Shown here: in pieces, positions 22,849 through 32,372 of the stretch
Layout of the letters: every line of letters begins with the position of its first letter
How positions within the stretch are numbered: the first letter of the stretch is position 1
Assembly: GCA_965655875.1 (NCBI GenBank)
Contig: CBFHIN010000001.1
Coordinates: 11,114-75,113, forward strand
Direction of reading: 5' to 3'
From: Litorivicinaceae bacterium
Lineage (GTDB): Bacteria; Pseudomonadota; Gammaproteobacteria; Pseudomonadales; Litorivicinaceae
Length of the DNA stretch: 64,000 nt
Position numbers and translations under genes: made by a program
The notes under the pieces: model-generated
What the model was told of the DNA's origin: nothing
Database searches by the model: none
What the model saw: the letters and a program-made list of their open reading frames with translations, nothing else

Positions 22849-23712
22849 TTACACCATTAACAACGCGGCTAACTGCTTACGACCAGCGCGCACTCGCGGA
22901 TCTTCATTACCCAGGCGATCAAAGATCTGAATCAACAGCAATCGCGCCGCATCATCATTGAACTGCCGATCTGTTCTGACAACCGTAATCAGATGCCCAA
23001 TCGCACGCTCGACATCGTCAGAGACCATTTGGTGTGCAGCTAAAAAATAGCGCGCTTCACTGTCTGCTTCGTTGGCAGCCAATCGCGACTCACAGGTTGC
23101 GCGATCAGGGGCTCCAGCAAGTAAATCCTGAAACGCTTTACCGGCTAGAATCGACTTCGCTCGAGGATCCATTTTGTGCGCATCCGGCAATCGTTCAATA
23201 ATTGCCTCAGCACTTTCTAAATCGCCTTTTTTCAACAGCGCTTGCGCCATGTCGAGGTAAATATCGTAATTTTCGGGGTCATCGGCTGTGATGAGTTGAT
23301 ACAGCGCGATCGCCTCATCGTATTGGCCCTGCTCGACAAGCTCGGCGGCACGTTCAACAGGCGAAATCTCAGCCCGCTCCACATGCTTGTCCAGCATGGC
23401 GCGAATTTCACCTTCGGGGAGCGCACCCATGAAATGGTCTGCTGGCTGTCCATTTTTAAACAAGACGACAGTCGGCAGCGAACGAACACCCATACCAGCC
23501 ACTAACATCTGCTCGGCATCTGAATCGACTTTTGCCAGAATAAAAGCGCCTGCGTATTCGTCAGCGAGCCTCTCGAGAATCGGACCCAAGCTCTTACACG
23601 GACCACACCATTCCGCGTAAAAATCGACTAATACTGGAGTTTCCTGTGATTTTTTTATGACATCTGTTTCAAATGTTTCAGATGTGACTTGGATTGAGTA
23701 AACGTCGGACAT
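22849..23712 (-). CDS. ybbN: Thioredoxin-domain plus TPR co-chaperone (YbbN/CnoX-like)
   Basis: N-terminal thioredoxin fold with intact WCGPCK; C-terminal TPR-like helical region; 287 aa. Confidence 0.82.
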   Translation of the reverse strand: MSDVYSIQVTSETFETDVIKKSQETPVLVDFYAEWCGPCKSLGPILERLADEYAGAFILAKVDSDAEQMLVAGMGVRSLPTVVLFKNGQPADHFMGALPEGEIRAMLDKHVERAEISPVERAAELVEQGQYDEAIALYQLITADDPENYDIYLDMAQALLKKGDLESAEAIIERLPDAHKMDPRAKSILAGKAFQDLLAGAPDRATCESRLAANEADSEARYFLAAHQMVSDDVERAIGHLITVVRTDRQFNDDAARLLLIQIFDRLGNEDPRVRAGRKQLAALLMV

Positions 23713-23782
23713 AACAACCTGTCAGTTTCGAAAATTTGCGACGGAGTATACCCTGTCGTGACCATCTGAAGTGAGACCACAA

Positions 23783-24205
23783 ATGCAATTGAGTGACAGA
23801 CAACAAGAAATCATCGACGAGTTTCAGTTTTTTGATTCATGGATGGACAAATATCAATATCTCATTGATCTCGGAAAGGAACTCGAACCTCTCGAAGAAA
23901 CCGAAAAAAATGAAGCAAATTTAGTCCGTGGCTGCCAGTCGCAGGTTTGGATGGTTGTTGAAGGCAACGCACACGAAGTCAAAGTCAGAGCCAACTCAGA
24001 CGCAGCGATTGTATCTGGCTTGATTGCATTGGTCGTTAGACTCTACTCAAACGCATCCGCCGAAGAAATCGTAACCACCGAGCCATCCTTTGTTGAAGCC
24101 ATTGGGCTCGCCCAACACTTATCGCCAACTCGAGCCAACGGTCTTGCATCGATGTTGCAACGGTTGAAAGCCGATGCCACGCAACTACTTGCATCTTCAA
24201 AATAA
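23783..24205 (+). CDS. sufE: Cysteine desulfuration protein SufE
   Basis: VRGCQSQVWMV active-site loop. I prefer ATG 23783 (MQLSDRQQEIIDEF) to the tracked GTG 23771. Confidence 0.88.
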   Translation: MQLSDRQQEIIDEFQFFDSWMDKYQYLIDLGKELEPLEETEKNEANLVRGCQSQVWMVVEGNAHEVKVRANSDAAIVSGLIALVVRLYSNASAEEIVTTEPSFVEAIGLAQHLSPTRANGLASMLQRLKADATQLLASSK

Positions 24206-24212
24206 TCACTTG

Positions 24213-24237
24213 ATATAGGACCTAATCAGTCCTATAT
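24213..24237. promoter_or_regulatory. Candidate Rrf2/IscR-type operator overlapping a promoter-like signal for the suf operon
   Basis: Perfect 9-bp inverted repeat ATATAGGAC-N7-GTCCTATAT. It keeps the GAC...GTC core and ATA/TAT ends of the IscR type-1 site as I recall it. It lies inside TTGATA(24210-24215)-N17-TATATA(24233-24238), 31 nt upstream of the Rrf2 gene. Confidence 0.6.
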
Positions 24238-24268
24238 ACTACGCATCCGGAAATCGAGTGGTGCGACG

Positions 24269-24721
24269 ATGGTTCGACTGTCAAAACTGACTGACTATGC
24301 TTCTGTGATTTTGGCACAAATGGCCAAGCATCCAGACGTGCTGTGGTCGGCTGGACAACTGGCTGACGAATCATCGATACCAAAACCAACTTGCATCAAA
24401 TTGCTTAAGTTGCTGGTAAAAGGTGGCGTGCTCACATCGACACAAGGTGCGCGCGGAGGTTACAGCTTGGCATACGCACCTTCACAGATCCCGGTTAAAA
24501 CAATTATCGAGGCCATCGAGGGACCCATGGCCATTACCGAGTGCGGAACAGATGAAACACTGTGCCGTTTGACCGACCACTGTTCAGTGATGTCACGGTG
24601 GCGAGAATTAGGTGATCAGGTCGATCACATTTTGACAAGAACAACGCTTGAAGACCTGATCAGCCCACAATCACTCTACGCGCGATCTGATCAGCGAATA
24701 GAGGCTCTGGAGGTGCATTGA
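24269..24721 (+). CDS. Rrf2-family (IscR/SufR-like) Fe-S-sensing transcriptional regulator
   Basis: w[23 protein letters not shown]. Cys cluster [15 protein letters not shown] (Cx6Cx5C). ATGA-type overlap into sufB. Confidence 0.85.
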   Translation: MVRLSKLTDYASVILAQMAKHPDVLWSAGQLADESSIPKPTCIKLLKLLVKGGVLTSTQGARGGYSLAYAPSQIPVKTIIEAIEGPMAITECGTDETLCRLTDHCSVMSRWRELGDQVDHILTRTTLEDLISPQSLYARSDQRIEALEVH

Positions 24722-26163
24722 TGAGTCAACAAGAGATCGATCAACTAGTCGAGCAGGACTATAAATATGGTTTTGTTACCGACATCGAGTCGGATACGTT
24801 GCCACCTGGACTGAATGAAGACGTTATCCGGGAGATTTCCAAGCGAAAAGGTGAGCCTGAATGGCTCCTCGAATGGCGGCTTGAAGCCTACGCAAAATGG
24901 TTGGAAATGACACCCCCTGAGTGGGCACATCTTGAGTACAAACCGGTCGACTTTCAGGCGATCAGTTACTTTTCGGCACCAAAGAAACAGGGCGATGGAC
25001 CAAAGAGCCTCGACGAAGTTGATCCGGCACTCATCGAAACTTACAACAAACTTGGCATTCCGCTGGAAGAACAAAAAATGCTTGCGGGCGTCGCTGTTGA
25101 TGCCGTGTTCGATTCCGTGAGCGTGGTCACCACATTCAAAGAAAAACTGCATGAGGCGGGCGTAGTATTTTGCCCTCTGTCAGAAGCGGTCCACTCGCAC
25201 CCTGATCTTGTCAAAAAATTCTTAGGCTCGGTCGTTCCGCAAAACGATAATTACTACGGCGCTCTTAATTCGGCAGTCTTTTCAGACGGATCCTTTGTGT
25301 ATATCCCGAAGGGTGTTCGATGCCCTATGGAGCTATCGACTTATTTCCGAATCAACCAAAAGAATACGGGACAGTTCGAACGTACGCTCATCGTAGCTGA
25401 TGAAGGGGCTTATGTTTCGTATCTGGAAGGCTGCACAGCACCACAGCGCGATGAGAACCAACTGCATGCTGCTGTTGTTGAACTAGTTGCTGAAACAGAC
25501 GCAGAGATCAAATACTCAACGGTACAAAATTGGTTCGCAGGTGATGATGACGGTAAAGGCGGCATTTATAACTTCGTCACCAAGCGCGGTGAATGTCGTG
25601 GTGATCGTTCCAAAATTAGCTGGACACAACTTGAAACTGGATCAGCCATTACCTGGAAATATCCAAGCTGTGTCTTAAAAGGTGCCGATTCGGTTGGCGA
25701 GTTTTACTCAGTCGCAGTCACAGGCAAAAAACAACAAGCCGACACTGGCACCAAGATGATTCACATTGGGCCGAGAACACGCTCGACCATCATCTCAAAA
25801 GGTATTTCAACAGCCCGCGGACAGAACGCTTACCGCGGATTGGTAAAAGTTCTACCCGGTGCTGTCGATGCTCGAAATTTCACACAGTGCGATTCACTCT
25901 TGATCGGCGATCAGTGCGGTGCACATACGTTTCCGTATGTTGAAGCCGAAGAACCGAGCGCTCAGCTTGAACACGAAGCAACCACCTCCAAAGTCAGTGA
26001 CGATCAGCTGTTTTACTTACGAACACGTGGGATGAGTGAAGAGGATGCACTCAATATGGTGGTCAATGGCTTCTGCAAAGAAGTCTTCCAAAAACTTCCG
26101 ATGGAGTTCGCTGTTGAAGCCGAAGCACTCCTCGGTATTACTCTCGAAGGAGCCGTGGGCTAA
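24718..26163 (+). CDS. sufB: Fe-S cluster assembly scaffold SufB
   Basis: 481 aa; EGCTAP...[35 protein letters not shown]. Confidence 0.96.
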   Translation: MMSQQEIDQLVEQDYKYGFVTDIESDTLPPGLNEDVIREISKRKGEPEWLLEWRLEAYAKWLEMTPPEWAHLEYKPVDFQAISYFSAPKKQGDGPKSLDEVDPALIETYNKLGIPLEEQKMLAGVAVDAVFDSVSVVTTFKEKLHEAGVVFCPLSEAVHSHPDLVKKFLGSVVPQNDNYYGALNSAVFSDGSFVYIPKGVRCPMELSTYFRINQKNTGQFERTLIVADEGAYVSYLEGCTAPQRDENQLHAAVVELVAETDAEIKYSTVQNWFAGDDDGKGGIYNFVTKRGECRGDRSKISWTQLETGSAITWKYPSCVLKGADSVGEFYSVAVTGKKQQADTGTKMIHIGPRTRSTIISKGISTARGQNAYRGLVKVLPGAVDARNFTQCDSLLIGDQCGAHTFPYVEAEEPSAQLEHEATTSKVSDDQLFYLRTRGMSEEDALNMVVNGFCKEVFQKLPMEFAVEAEALLGITLEGAVG

Positions 26164-26906
26164 TGCTATCTATTCGAAACCTCCATGCACAGGTTGGCGA
26201 TAAGCCGATCCTCAAAGGTATCAATCTAGAAATCAATGCCGGCGAAGTACACGCCATCATGGGTCCAAACGGATCAGGGAAAAGTACCTTGTCATCTGTC
26301 CTTGCCGGACGCGATGATTATGAAGTGACCGATGGTGAAGTCATCTACATGGGCCAAAATTTACTCGAACTAGAGCCCGAAGAACGCGCGTGGGCAGGTC
26401 TTTTCCTCTCATTCCAATATCCGGTGGAAATTCCGGGCGTTAAGAATATTTATCTCCTGAAAGCCGCAGTCAATGCTGTACGTGAACACCGCGGCCTTCC
26501 TGAACTGAAAGCTGGCGAATTTTTAAAGCTCGTTCGCGAAAAGCTGAAAGTCATGCAAATGGACGAAGCCTTCCTGCACAGAAATGTGAATGAGGGATTC
26601 TCTGGTGGCGAAAAGAAGCGTAACGAAATCCTACAAATGCAGTTGCTCGAACCGACACTCGCACTGCTTGATGAAACCGATTCAGGCCTAGATGTCGACG
26701 CGCTCCGTGTTGTCGGCGAGGGCATTAACCGGATGCGTTCACCGGAGCGTAGCGTGCTTCTTGTCACTCACTACCAGCGACTACTGGATATCGTCAAACC
26801 AGATTTTGTCCATGTTCTGGCACACGGCGAGATCATTTTATCTGGTGATCATACGTTGGCTCTAAAGCTTGAAGCCGAGGGTTACGAGGGGATTGAAGCA
26901 GCATGA
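26163..26906 (+). CDS. sufC: Fe-S cluster assembly ATPase SufC
   Basis: Walker A GPNGSGKST, signature FSGGEKKRNEILQ, Walker B LALLDETDSGLD. Confidence 0.96.
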   Translation: MLSIRNLHAQVGDKPILKGINLEINAGEVHAIMGPNGSGKSTLSSVLAGRDDYEVTDGEVIYMGQNLLELEPEERAWAGLFLSFQYPVEIPGVKNIYLLKAAVNAVREHRGLPELKAGEFLKLVREKLKVMQMDEAFLHRNVNEGFSGGEKKRNEILQMQLLEPTLALLDETDSGLDVDALRVVGEGINRMRSPERSVLLVTHYQRLLDIVKPDFVHVLAHGEIILSGDHTLALKLEAEGYEGIEAA

Positions 26907-28099
26907 GCGGGTTCAATACATGGCTTGCTGATGCACAGGGTGTCGATGCGCCCAAAGCGCTCGCAGTTGGCCTACCGACAAAGCGAGTTGAATCATGGAA
27001 GTATGTACCAACCCGAGCATTGAGCCGAACTACTTGGCAGCCCGCGGAGCCACAACCGACGGATCACTTTGCTTTGACAGGGGGTCAGTTCGCGAACATC
27101 CCGACTGCGGATGGTCTTTCAGTCATTGATGATGCGCTAACAGCAAATGAGCAACAGCGCTTGGAGGCAATGAGTCAGGCGCATGGCTTTTCATTGACCC
27201 AGTCCGCGCTCGAGTCGGGCCGTTTGATATTAAGCGTTGCACGTACTGCATCTGTCGCATTGAATTTACATCACCTTGCCAATGCCGCGACTCATGCTGG
27301 GTTTGCAACACTGATCCTACGTATTGAGCAAGGTGCTCAAGTGACTTTCGTTGAGCAGTTTGATCAAACCACGATAGAGAAAGCGAATCTCAGTTCACTG
27401 CGTTGTTTGATGACTTTGGAGCGTGATGCATCAGTCACTCACGTAAGGTTCCAAGCGGCCAACAATACAGCGCATGTCTTTTCTAATCTTGATATCACAT
27501 GTGGTGAACACGCAGCCTATCGACTCCAGACCATTGAGTTCGGCTCAAAGCTCGCGCGCAATGATATTTACATCGCGCTGACTGGACGAGAAGCGAGTGC
27601 TTCGGTTAATGGACTTGCGATCACAAGCGACTCTCAATATCACGACACGCACCTTGCAATCGATCACGTCGTCGGTGAAACCAATAGCGAAATGATGTTT
27701 CGTAATATGGTGGATGGAAAAGGCGAGGCGACTTTTAATGGCCGGGTGCTGATCCAGAAAGACTCACAACGATCAGCCACCGAGCAATCCATCGCGAATT
27801 TATTACTCTCTGAATCTGCGCGGGTGAATCCAAAGCCCGAACTTGAGATTTATGCCGATGACGTAACGGCGTCGCATGGTTGTACCGTCGGCAGTCTGAA
27901 TAAGACCGAGCTTTTTTACCTCAAAAGCCGTGGTCTGTCAGAAGCTGATGCGAGAGCTTTTTTACAGTATGCATTTGCTGAAAAAATCGTTGAAGAAATT
28001 GAACATCCTGAAATCCGCGCACTGGTCGAAACGCAACTTCTCGGCGAATTAAAGCACGGTGAATTGATTGCTGAATTGAAGGAATCAGTCGATGTTTGA
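26903..28099 (+). CDS. sufD: Fe-S cluster assembly protein SufD
   Basis: 398 aa; C-terminal beta-helix region (PELEIYADDVTASHGCTVGSLNKTELFYLKSRGLSEADA). Confidence 0.92.
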   Translation: MSGFNTWLADAQGVDAPKALAVGLPTKRVESWKYVPTRALSRTTWQPAEPQPTDHFALTGGQFANIPTADGLSVIDDALTANEQQRLEAMSQAHGFSLTQSALESGRLILSVARTASVALNLHHLANAATHAGFATLILRIEQGAQVTFVEQFDQTTIEKANLSSLRCLMTLERDASVTHVRFQAANNTAHVFSNLDITCGEHAAYRLQTIEFGSKLARNDIYIALTGREASASVNGLAITSDSQYHDTHLAIDHVVGETNSEMMFRNMVDGKGEATFNGRVLIQKDSQRSATEQSIANLLLSESARVNPKPELEIYADDVTASHGCTVGSLNKTELFYLKSRGLSEADARAFLQYAFAEKIVEEIEHPEIRALVETQLLGELKHGELIAELKESVDV

Positions 28100-29312
28100 T
28101 TTAGCGCGCGTCCGCGACGACTTTCCGATACTCAACCGCGAAGTTCACGGACAACCGCTGGTCTATTTTGATAATGCAGCGACTTCTCAGAAACCGACCG
28201 TGGTTATTGAGTCGATCAGCGACTACTACGATCGATATAACTCCAATGTTCACCGTGGTGTTCATACATTAAGCGGCGAAGCGACCGATGCCTATGAAGG
28301 CGCACGCGCTCGCATTGGGCAATGGTTTGGTGTGAATGATACGGGCGAAGTGATTCTCTTAAGAGGTGCAACCGAAGCACTGAATTTAGTCGCGAACACT
28401 CTTGCTACCGAACTCAAGTCAGGTGATGTTGTCTTAGTAGGCGAGACGGAACACCACGCAAACATTGTTCCATGGCAACAACTTGAGGCGAAAATGGGAA
28501 TCCAAGTGATCCCCATTCCAGTGGACGCTTCAGGCACATTGGATCTCGATCGTGCGAAAGCACTTTGCCAACAGCATCCTGTTCGGGTGATCGCTGTTGG
28601 TCATGTTTCAAACGCGATTGGTGCAGTGAATGACGTTGATGGCTTCATTCAGTTAGCAAAAGAAAACTCTGCTTACTCTGTGATTGACGGCGCACAAGCC
28701 GCACCACACATGCGCGTCGATGTCGGCAAACTGAATGCTGACTTCTACGCGTTGAGTGCCCATAAATGCTGTGGCCCGACAGGTATCGGCGTATTACTGG
28801 GTCGTCGTGCACTACTTGAAGCATTGCCACCCTGGCAAGGAGGGGGCGACATGATTGAGCGCGTGAGCTTCAGTGGGACGACCTTCAATGAGCTTCCCTG
28901 GAAGTTTGAAGCAGGCACACCAAACATTGCTGACACAATCGCCTTCGCCAAAGCACTAGATTATCTCGATTCAATCGATTTCGATGCAGCGATTGCACAC
29001 GAGCATACGGTGCATCAACATCTCATCGAATCCATGCTCAAGCGAGATCAAGTTCAAGTTCTTGGAAATCCGGAGCATTGGGTAAGTGTTTGTTCATTCA
29101 ACGTGAAAGGTGCTCATCCGACCGATGTCGGTACCTTGTTGGATCAATTGGGCATCGCAATCCGAACGGGTCATCACTGCGCGATGCCGACTATGGAGCA
29201 TTTTGATCTTCCAGGAACAGCAAGAGCATCGATTGCGTTCTATAACTCAACTGACGAAGTCGACCAGTTTCTATCTGCACTGGATCGCGTTATTGGAATG
29301 CTGGCGGACTGA
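28092..29312 (+). CDS. sufS: Cysteine desulfurase SufS (group II)
   Basis: YFDNAATSQKP, SAHKCCGPTGIG (PLP Lys), RTGHHCAMP (active Cys). Confidence 0.95.
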   Translation: MFDLARVRDDFPILNREVHGQPLVYFDNAATSQKPTVVIESISDYYDRYNSNVHRGVHTLSGEATDAYEGARARIGQWFGVNDTGEVILLRGATEALNLVANTLATELKSGDVVLVGETEHHANIVPWQQLEAKMGIQVIPIPVDASGTLDLDRAKALCQQHPVRVIAVGHVSNAIGAVNDVDGFIQLAKENSAYSVIDGAQAAPHMRVDVGKLNADFYALSAHKCCGPTGIGVLLGRRALLEALPPWQGGGDMIERVSFSGTTFNELPWKFEAGTPNIADTIAFAKALDYLDSIDFDAAIAHEHTVHQHLIESMLKRDQVQVLGNPEHWVSVCSFNVKGAHPTDVGTLLDQLGIAIRTGHHCAMPTMEHFDLPGTARASIAFYNSTDEVDQFLSALDRVIGMLAD

Positions 29313-29866
29313 TGATTCCTTTTGCAGACCTCGCCAAAGGCTCTGAACTGACTGTGCTTGAAAACCTTATTGGGAAACAAGTACCGCAAGGCCTTCCTTT
29401 GACCCTCGGGGTCGGTGAAGTTGTGACAGTCACACAGGCACTTGGTGATACGTTAACCTTGGATATCGGAAGTCGATTGGTTCGCATTGAGACCGAGGAT
29501 CTTGCCAAGCTTGGTGTGGAACCGCCAACCCAGACAAATAAAAACCTCGCAACCTCGCTTGAAGATCAAATCTGGGATGTTCTAAAACAAAGCTACGACC
29601 CCGAAATTCCAGTCAACATCGTTGAACTTGGTTTAATCTACGATCTGAGAATTTCAACGTTAATTGATGGCCGCACCCATGTGCGCATTGATATGACGTT
29701 AACAGCTCCCGGCTGCGGAATGGGTCCAATTATGGCGAGAGACATCAAAGATAAAATTGAAGCACTGCCCGGAGCTGATCAAGCGGATATTCAAATGGTG
29801 TTTGATCCACCTTGGGATGCAAGCAGAATGACAGAAGAAGCCCGCCTCGAGGCTGGTCTATTTTAG
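29312..29866 (+). CDS. sufT: SufT-type DUF59 (MIP18-family) Fe-S assembly protein
   Basis: 184 aa; N-terminal extension plus DUF59 core (VLKQSYDPEIPVNIVELGLIYD...TLTAPGCGMGP). TGATG junction with sufS. Confidence 0.8.
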   Translation: MIPFADLAKGSELTVLENLIGKQVPQGLPLTLGVGEVVTVTQALGDTLTLDIGSRLVRIETEDLAKLGVEPPTQTNKNLATSLEDQIWDVLKQSYDPEIPVNIVELGLIYDLRISTLIDGRTHVRIDMTLTAPGCGMGPIMARDIKDKIEALPGADQADIQMVFDPPWDASRMTEEARLEAGLF

Positions 29867-29876
29867 GAAGTCGAAT

Positions 29877-30197
29877 ATGAGTCAGTGGATCGAAATTTCA
29901 ACGCTTACAGCACTTGCCGATGGTAATTACGAACGATTTGAATTTGAGGATGTCGATGTCCTCGTATTTCGTGAAGGCGACCACGTTTATGCAATCGAAG
30001 ATCTCTGCACGCACGACGGTGCAGAGCTGTGTGGTGGTCTTTACATGAATGGTGAAATCGAATGCCCTCGTCACGGTGCGCGCTTTTGTGTCAAAACAGG
30101 CCAAGCGCTCTCCGCACCGGCCTATGGTCAGGTGTCGACCTTTCCCATTCGCATCAACGACAACGGAGTCATCGAAGTTCAGCTTGATGATGCCTAA
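29877..30197 (+). CDS. Rieske [2Fe-2S] ferredoxin-like protein
   Basis: CTHDGAEL...CPRHGARF (CxH...CxxH); 106 aa. Confidence 0.85.
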   Translation: MSQWIEISTLTALADGNYERFEFEDVDVLVFREGDHVYAIEDLCTHDGAELCGGLYMNGEIECPRHGARFCVKTGQALSAPAYGQVSTFPIRINDNGVIEVQLDDA

Positions 30198-31210
30198 TGC
30201 GTTTTCCTCCCTTAGTGTTTGGACTGATCTCAGCGGTTTCTGCCGTCCTACTTGAGGCTGTCAACTTCCCACTCGGCGCAATGATTGGTCCTATGTTTGC
30301 TGTTGCATTGGTTGCTCATCGCACCGGAATCAATCAGAAGCCAGGCGTTGATGCGCATCATTTTGCAGTCTTACTGATCGGACTGGCATTGGGAGGACAG
30401 GTCACATCCGACATCGTCGAACAAATTCAGTTATGGCCGATGAGCTTATTGATCATGATCGTCACCCTGATTGTTATTTTTTGGGCCGTCGGAAAATTAA
30501 ACCAACGCATGCTGAATCTCGATCGAGTGAGTGCACACATGGCGGCTGCACCAGGCAATCTTTCATCTGCTCTGGCTGTCACAGAGCACTATGGAGGTGC
30601 GCTCACTCAAGTTGCTGTTTACCAGAGTTTAAGATTGGCATTACTGACACTCATCGTACCTTTCTTATTTGTGGTCTCAGATCAAACGGATACAGCTCCT
30701 GCGTTCAGTCGATCGGATTTCCTCACCTGGATAACCGTACTCCCAATTGCTTGGCTTTTGACGAATCTATTTCGCCAATTAAAGATCACGACCCCCGGGC
30801 TCATTGTTGGTGTATTTGGAGCCGCTCTATTGGGATTTTTTGATATTGCACGCTTAAATACACCGCCACTTTTCATTGCCTTTGCGATGATGTTGTTTGG
30901 ATGGAGAATTGGTATCGATATCATCGGGCAAGGGCTAGGTGTCCTATTGAAAACATTCCCACCGGCGGCTCTATCAACGGGACTCGCTGTGGGACTTGCA
31001 TTCCTCGGTAGTTTTCTCGTGCACCAGTTTCTTGGATTCCCGTTTGTTGATGCAGCGCTCGCGTTTATGCCGGGAGGCTTCCAAGTGATGCCCGTGGTTG
31101 CTTTAGAAGCGGGAGCTGACGGACTCTTTGTCACGACACATCATCTGATTCGTGTCTTGGCGATGGGAGTTATGATTCCTTTTTTTGCGATGTATTGGAG
31201 CCGCCCTTGA
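30197..31210 (+). CDS. AbrB-duplication family integral membrane protein (often mis-named putative ammonia monooxygenase)
   Basis: 337 aa, about 10 hydrophobic helices, internal duplication. TAATG junction with the Rieske gene. Confidence 0.7.
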   Translation: MRFPPLVFGLISAVSAVLLEAVNFPLGAMIGPMFAVALVAHRTGINQKPGVDAHHFAVLLIGLALGGQVTSDIVEQIQLWPMSLLIMIVTLIVIFWAVGKLNQRMLNLDRVSAHMAAAPGNLSSALAVTEHYGGALTQVAVYQSLRLALLTLIVPFLFVVSDQTDTAPAFSRSDFLTWITVLPIAWLLTNLFRQLKITTPGLIVGVFGAALLGFFDIARLNTPPLFIAFAMMLFGWRIGIDIIGQGLGVLLKTFPPAALSTGLAVGLAFLGSFLVHQFLGFPFVDAALAFMPGGFQVMPVVALEAGADGLFVTTHHLIRVLAMGVMIPFFAMYWSRP

Positions 31211-32055
31211 GTTTTCTTGACCATTTTGACCGAGCACACAATGCGACTCTATCGTCTTGGACTCCGTGGTTTCAAGATAAAGCACTCCTTGGCTACGTTC
31301 AGGAGAACTTCAAGCAACGTGGACTTGAGTTTGGTTTGTGGACCGAAACTCCCAACGGCCTCACATTGCCGGCCCTACAGACAAATGAGTTAAACCAACT
31401 GTTCGCACGCTTTGCGAAAATTACCTACGAAGAAGGTTTACTCTCGAGTTGGGTTGGGGAACCTTTCCCGATCAAGGCTTCAGTCAGTGATCCAACTCGA
31501 TTTGTCATGGAGCGCACGCTCACTGCGCCACTTGGATGTTTGACCTTTGGTGTTCACCTCAATGGCTTCGTCAAAACAAGCCAAGGAATTGAGCTTTGGA
31601 TTGCGAAAAGGTCACACAATAAACCGACGTTCCCGGGCAAGCTCGACAATATGGTCGGCGGTGGACAGCCTGCGGGTCTGGGGCTTTTTGAAAACTTGAT
31701 CAAAGAGTGTTTTGAAGAAGCGGGGATTTCAGAAACTCAAGCAAAAGAAGCGGTTGCGACAGGAACGATCAGCTATCGGCATACCGACGGACGCGGGCTA
31801 AAGCGCGATATTTTGTATTGTTACGACCTTGAGCTCCCCGACAGCTTTATTCCGATCTGCCAAGACGGAGAGGTTGAATCATTTGAGCGGTTACCGATCA
31901 ACGACGTTCTAACGATAATCGACACCACCAATGATTTTAAATACAACTGCAATCTCGTTATCATCGATTTTGCGATTCGGCACGGGATCCTGACCGGCGA
32001 TGATACGCCCCACTATGCAGAATTGTGTGAGCGAAGAAATCAGTTAACGAGTTAG
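31195..32055 (+). CDS. NUDIX hydrolase with N-terminal DUF4743-like domain
   Basis: NUDIX box GGGQPAGLGLFENLIKECFEEAGI. Start uncertain: TTG at 31195 overlaps the upstream gene by 16 nt. Confidence 0.7.
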   Translation: MEPPLSFLDHFDRAHNATLSSWTPWFQDKALLGYVQENFKQRGLEFGLWTETPNGLTLPALQTNELNQLFARFAKITYEEGLLSSWVGEPFPIKASVSDPTRFVMERTLTAPLGCLTFGVHLNGFVKTSQGIELWIAKRSHNKPTFPGKLDNMVGGGQPAGLGLFENLIKECFEEAGISETQAKEAVATGTISYRHTDGRGLKRDILYCYDLELPDSFIPICQDGEVESFERLPINDVLTIIDTTNDFKYNCNLVIIDFAIRHGILTGDDTPHYAELCERRNQLTS

Positions 32056-32372
32056 CCGAGGCCCGCTAGCAGGCGAAGATTCATCGGTGTCCGTAAGGAC
32101 GGATCCTCCGCCAAACACGGTTCATGACCAATGACCTCATCGTAGGCACACTGATGAACAATCACTGCATCGGTCCCACCGATGTCAGCCAACGCAATAC
32201 CAGCCTGAGTGGAAGACTTGAATACAAGATTGTCGCCATCGGCTTTTTTCAGCATCGTTTCACCCACTTCGGTCACGATTTTGACGAGATAGATAATCCC
32301 TTCGAACGCATGAATTTCAAGCACTGGCGATTTGCCTTGCGCAATCAGCGATTTTAATCCGTCTAATGTCAT
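32052..32372 (-). CDS. Hypothetical 106-aa protein, translationally coupled to the LitR-like regulator
   Basis: ATGA overlap with the regulator stop. Soluble-looking. H73-x-C75-x7-H83-xx-C86 spacing (VHQCAYDEVIGHEPC). I recognise no family. Confidence 0.6.
   Translation of the reverse strand: MTLDGLKSLIAQGKSPVLEIHAFEGIIYLVKIVTEVGETMLKKADGDNLVFKSSTQAGIALADIGGTDAVIVHQCAYDEVIGHEPCLAEDPSLRTPMNLRLLAGLG

Noticed and set aside
30682-31134. 150-aa minus-strand ORF, plus the 136-aa plus-strand alternative frame at 30433-30843
   Set aside because: Both lie within the AbrB-duplication membrane gene. That gene's frame gives a coherent series of TM helices, and these frames do not.
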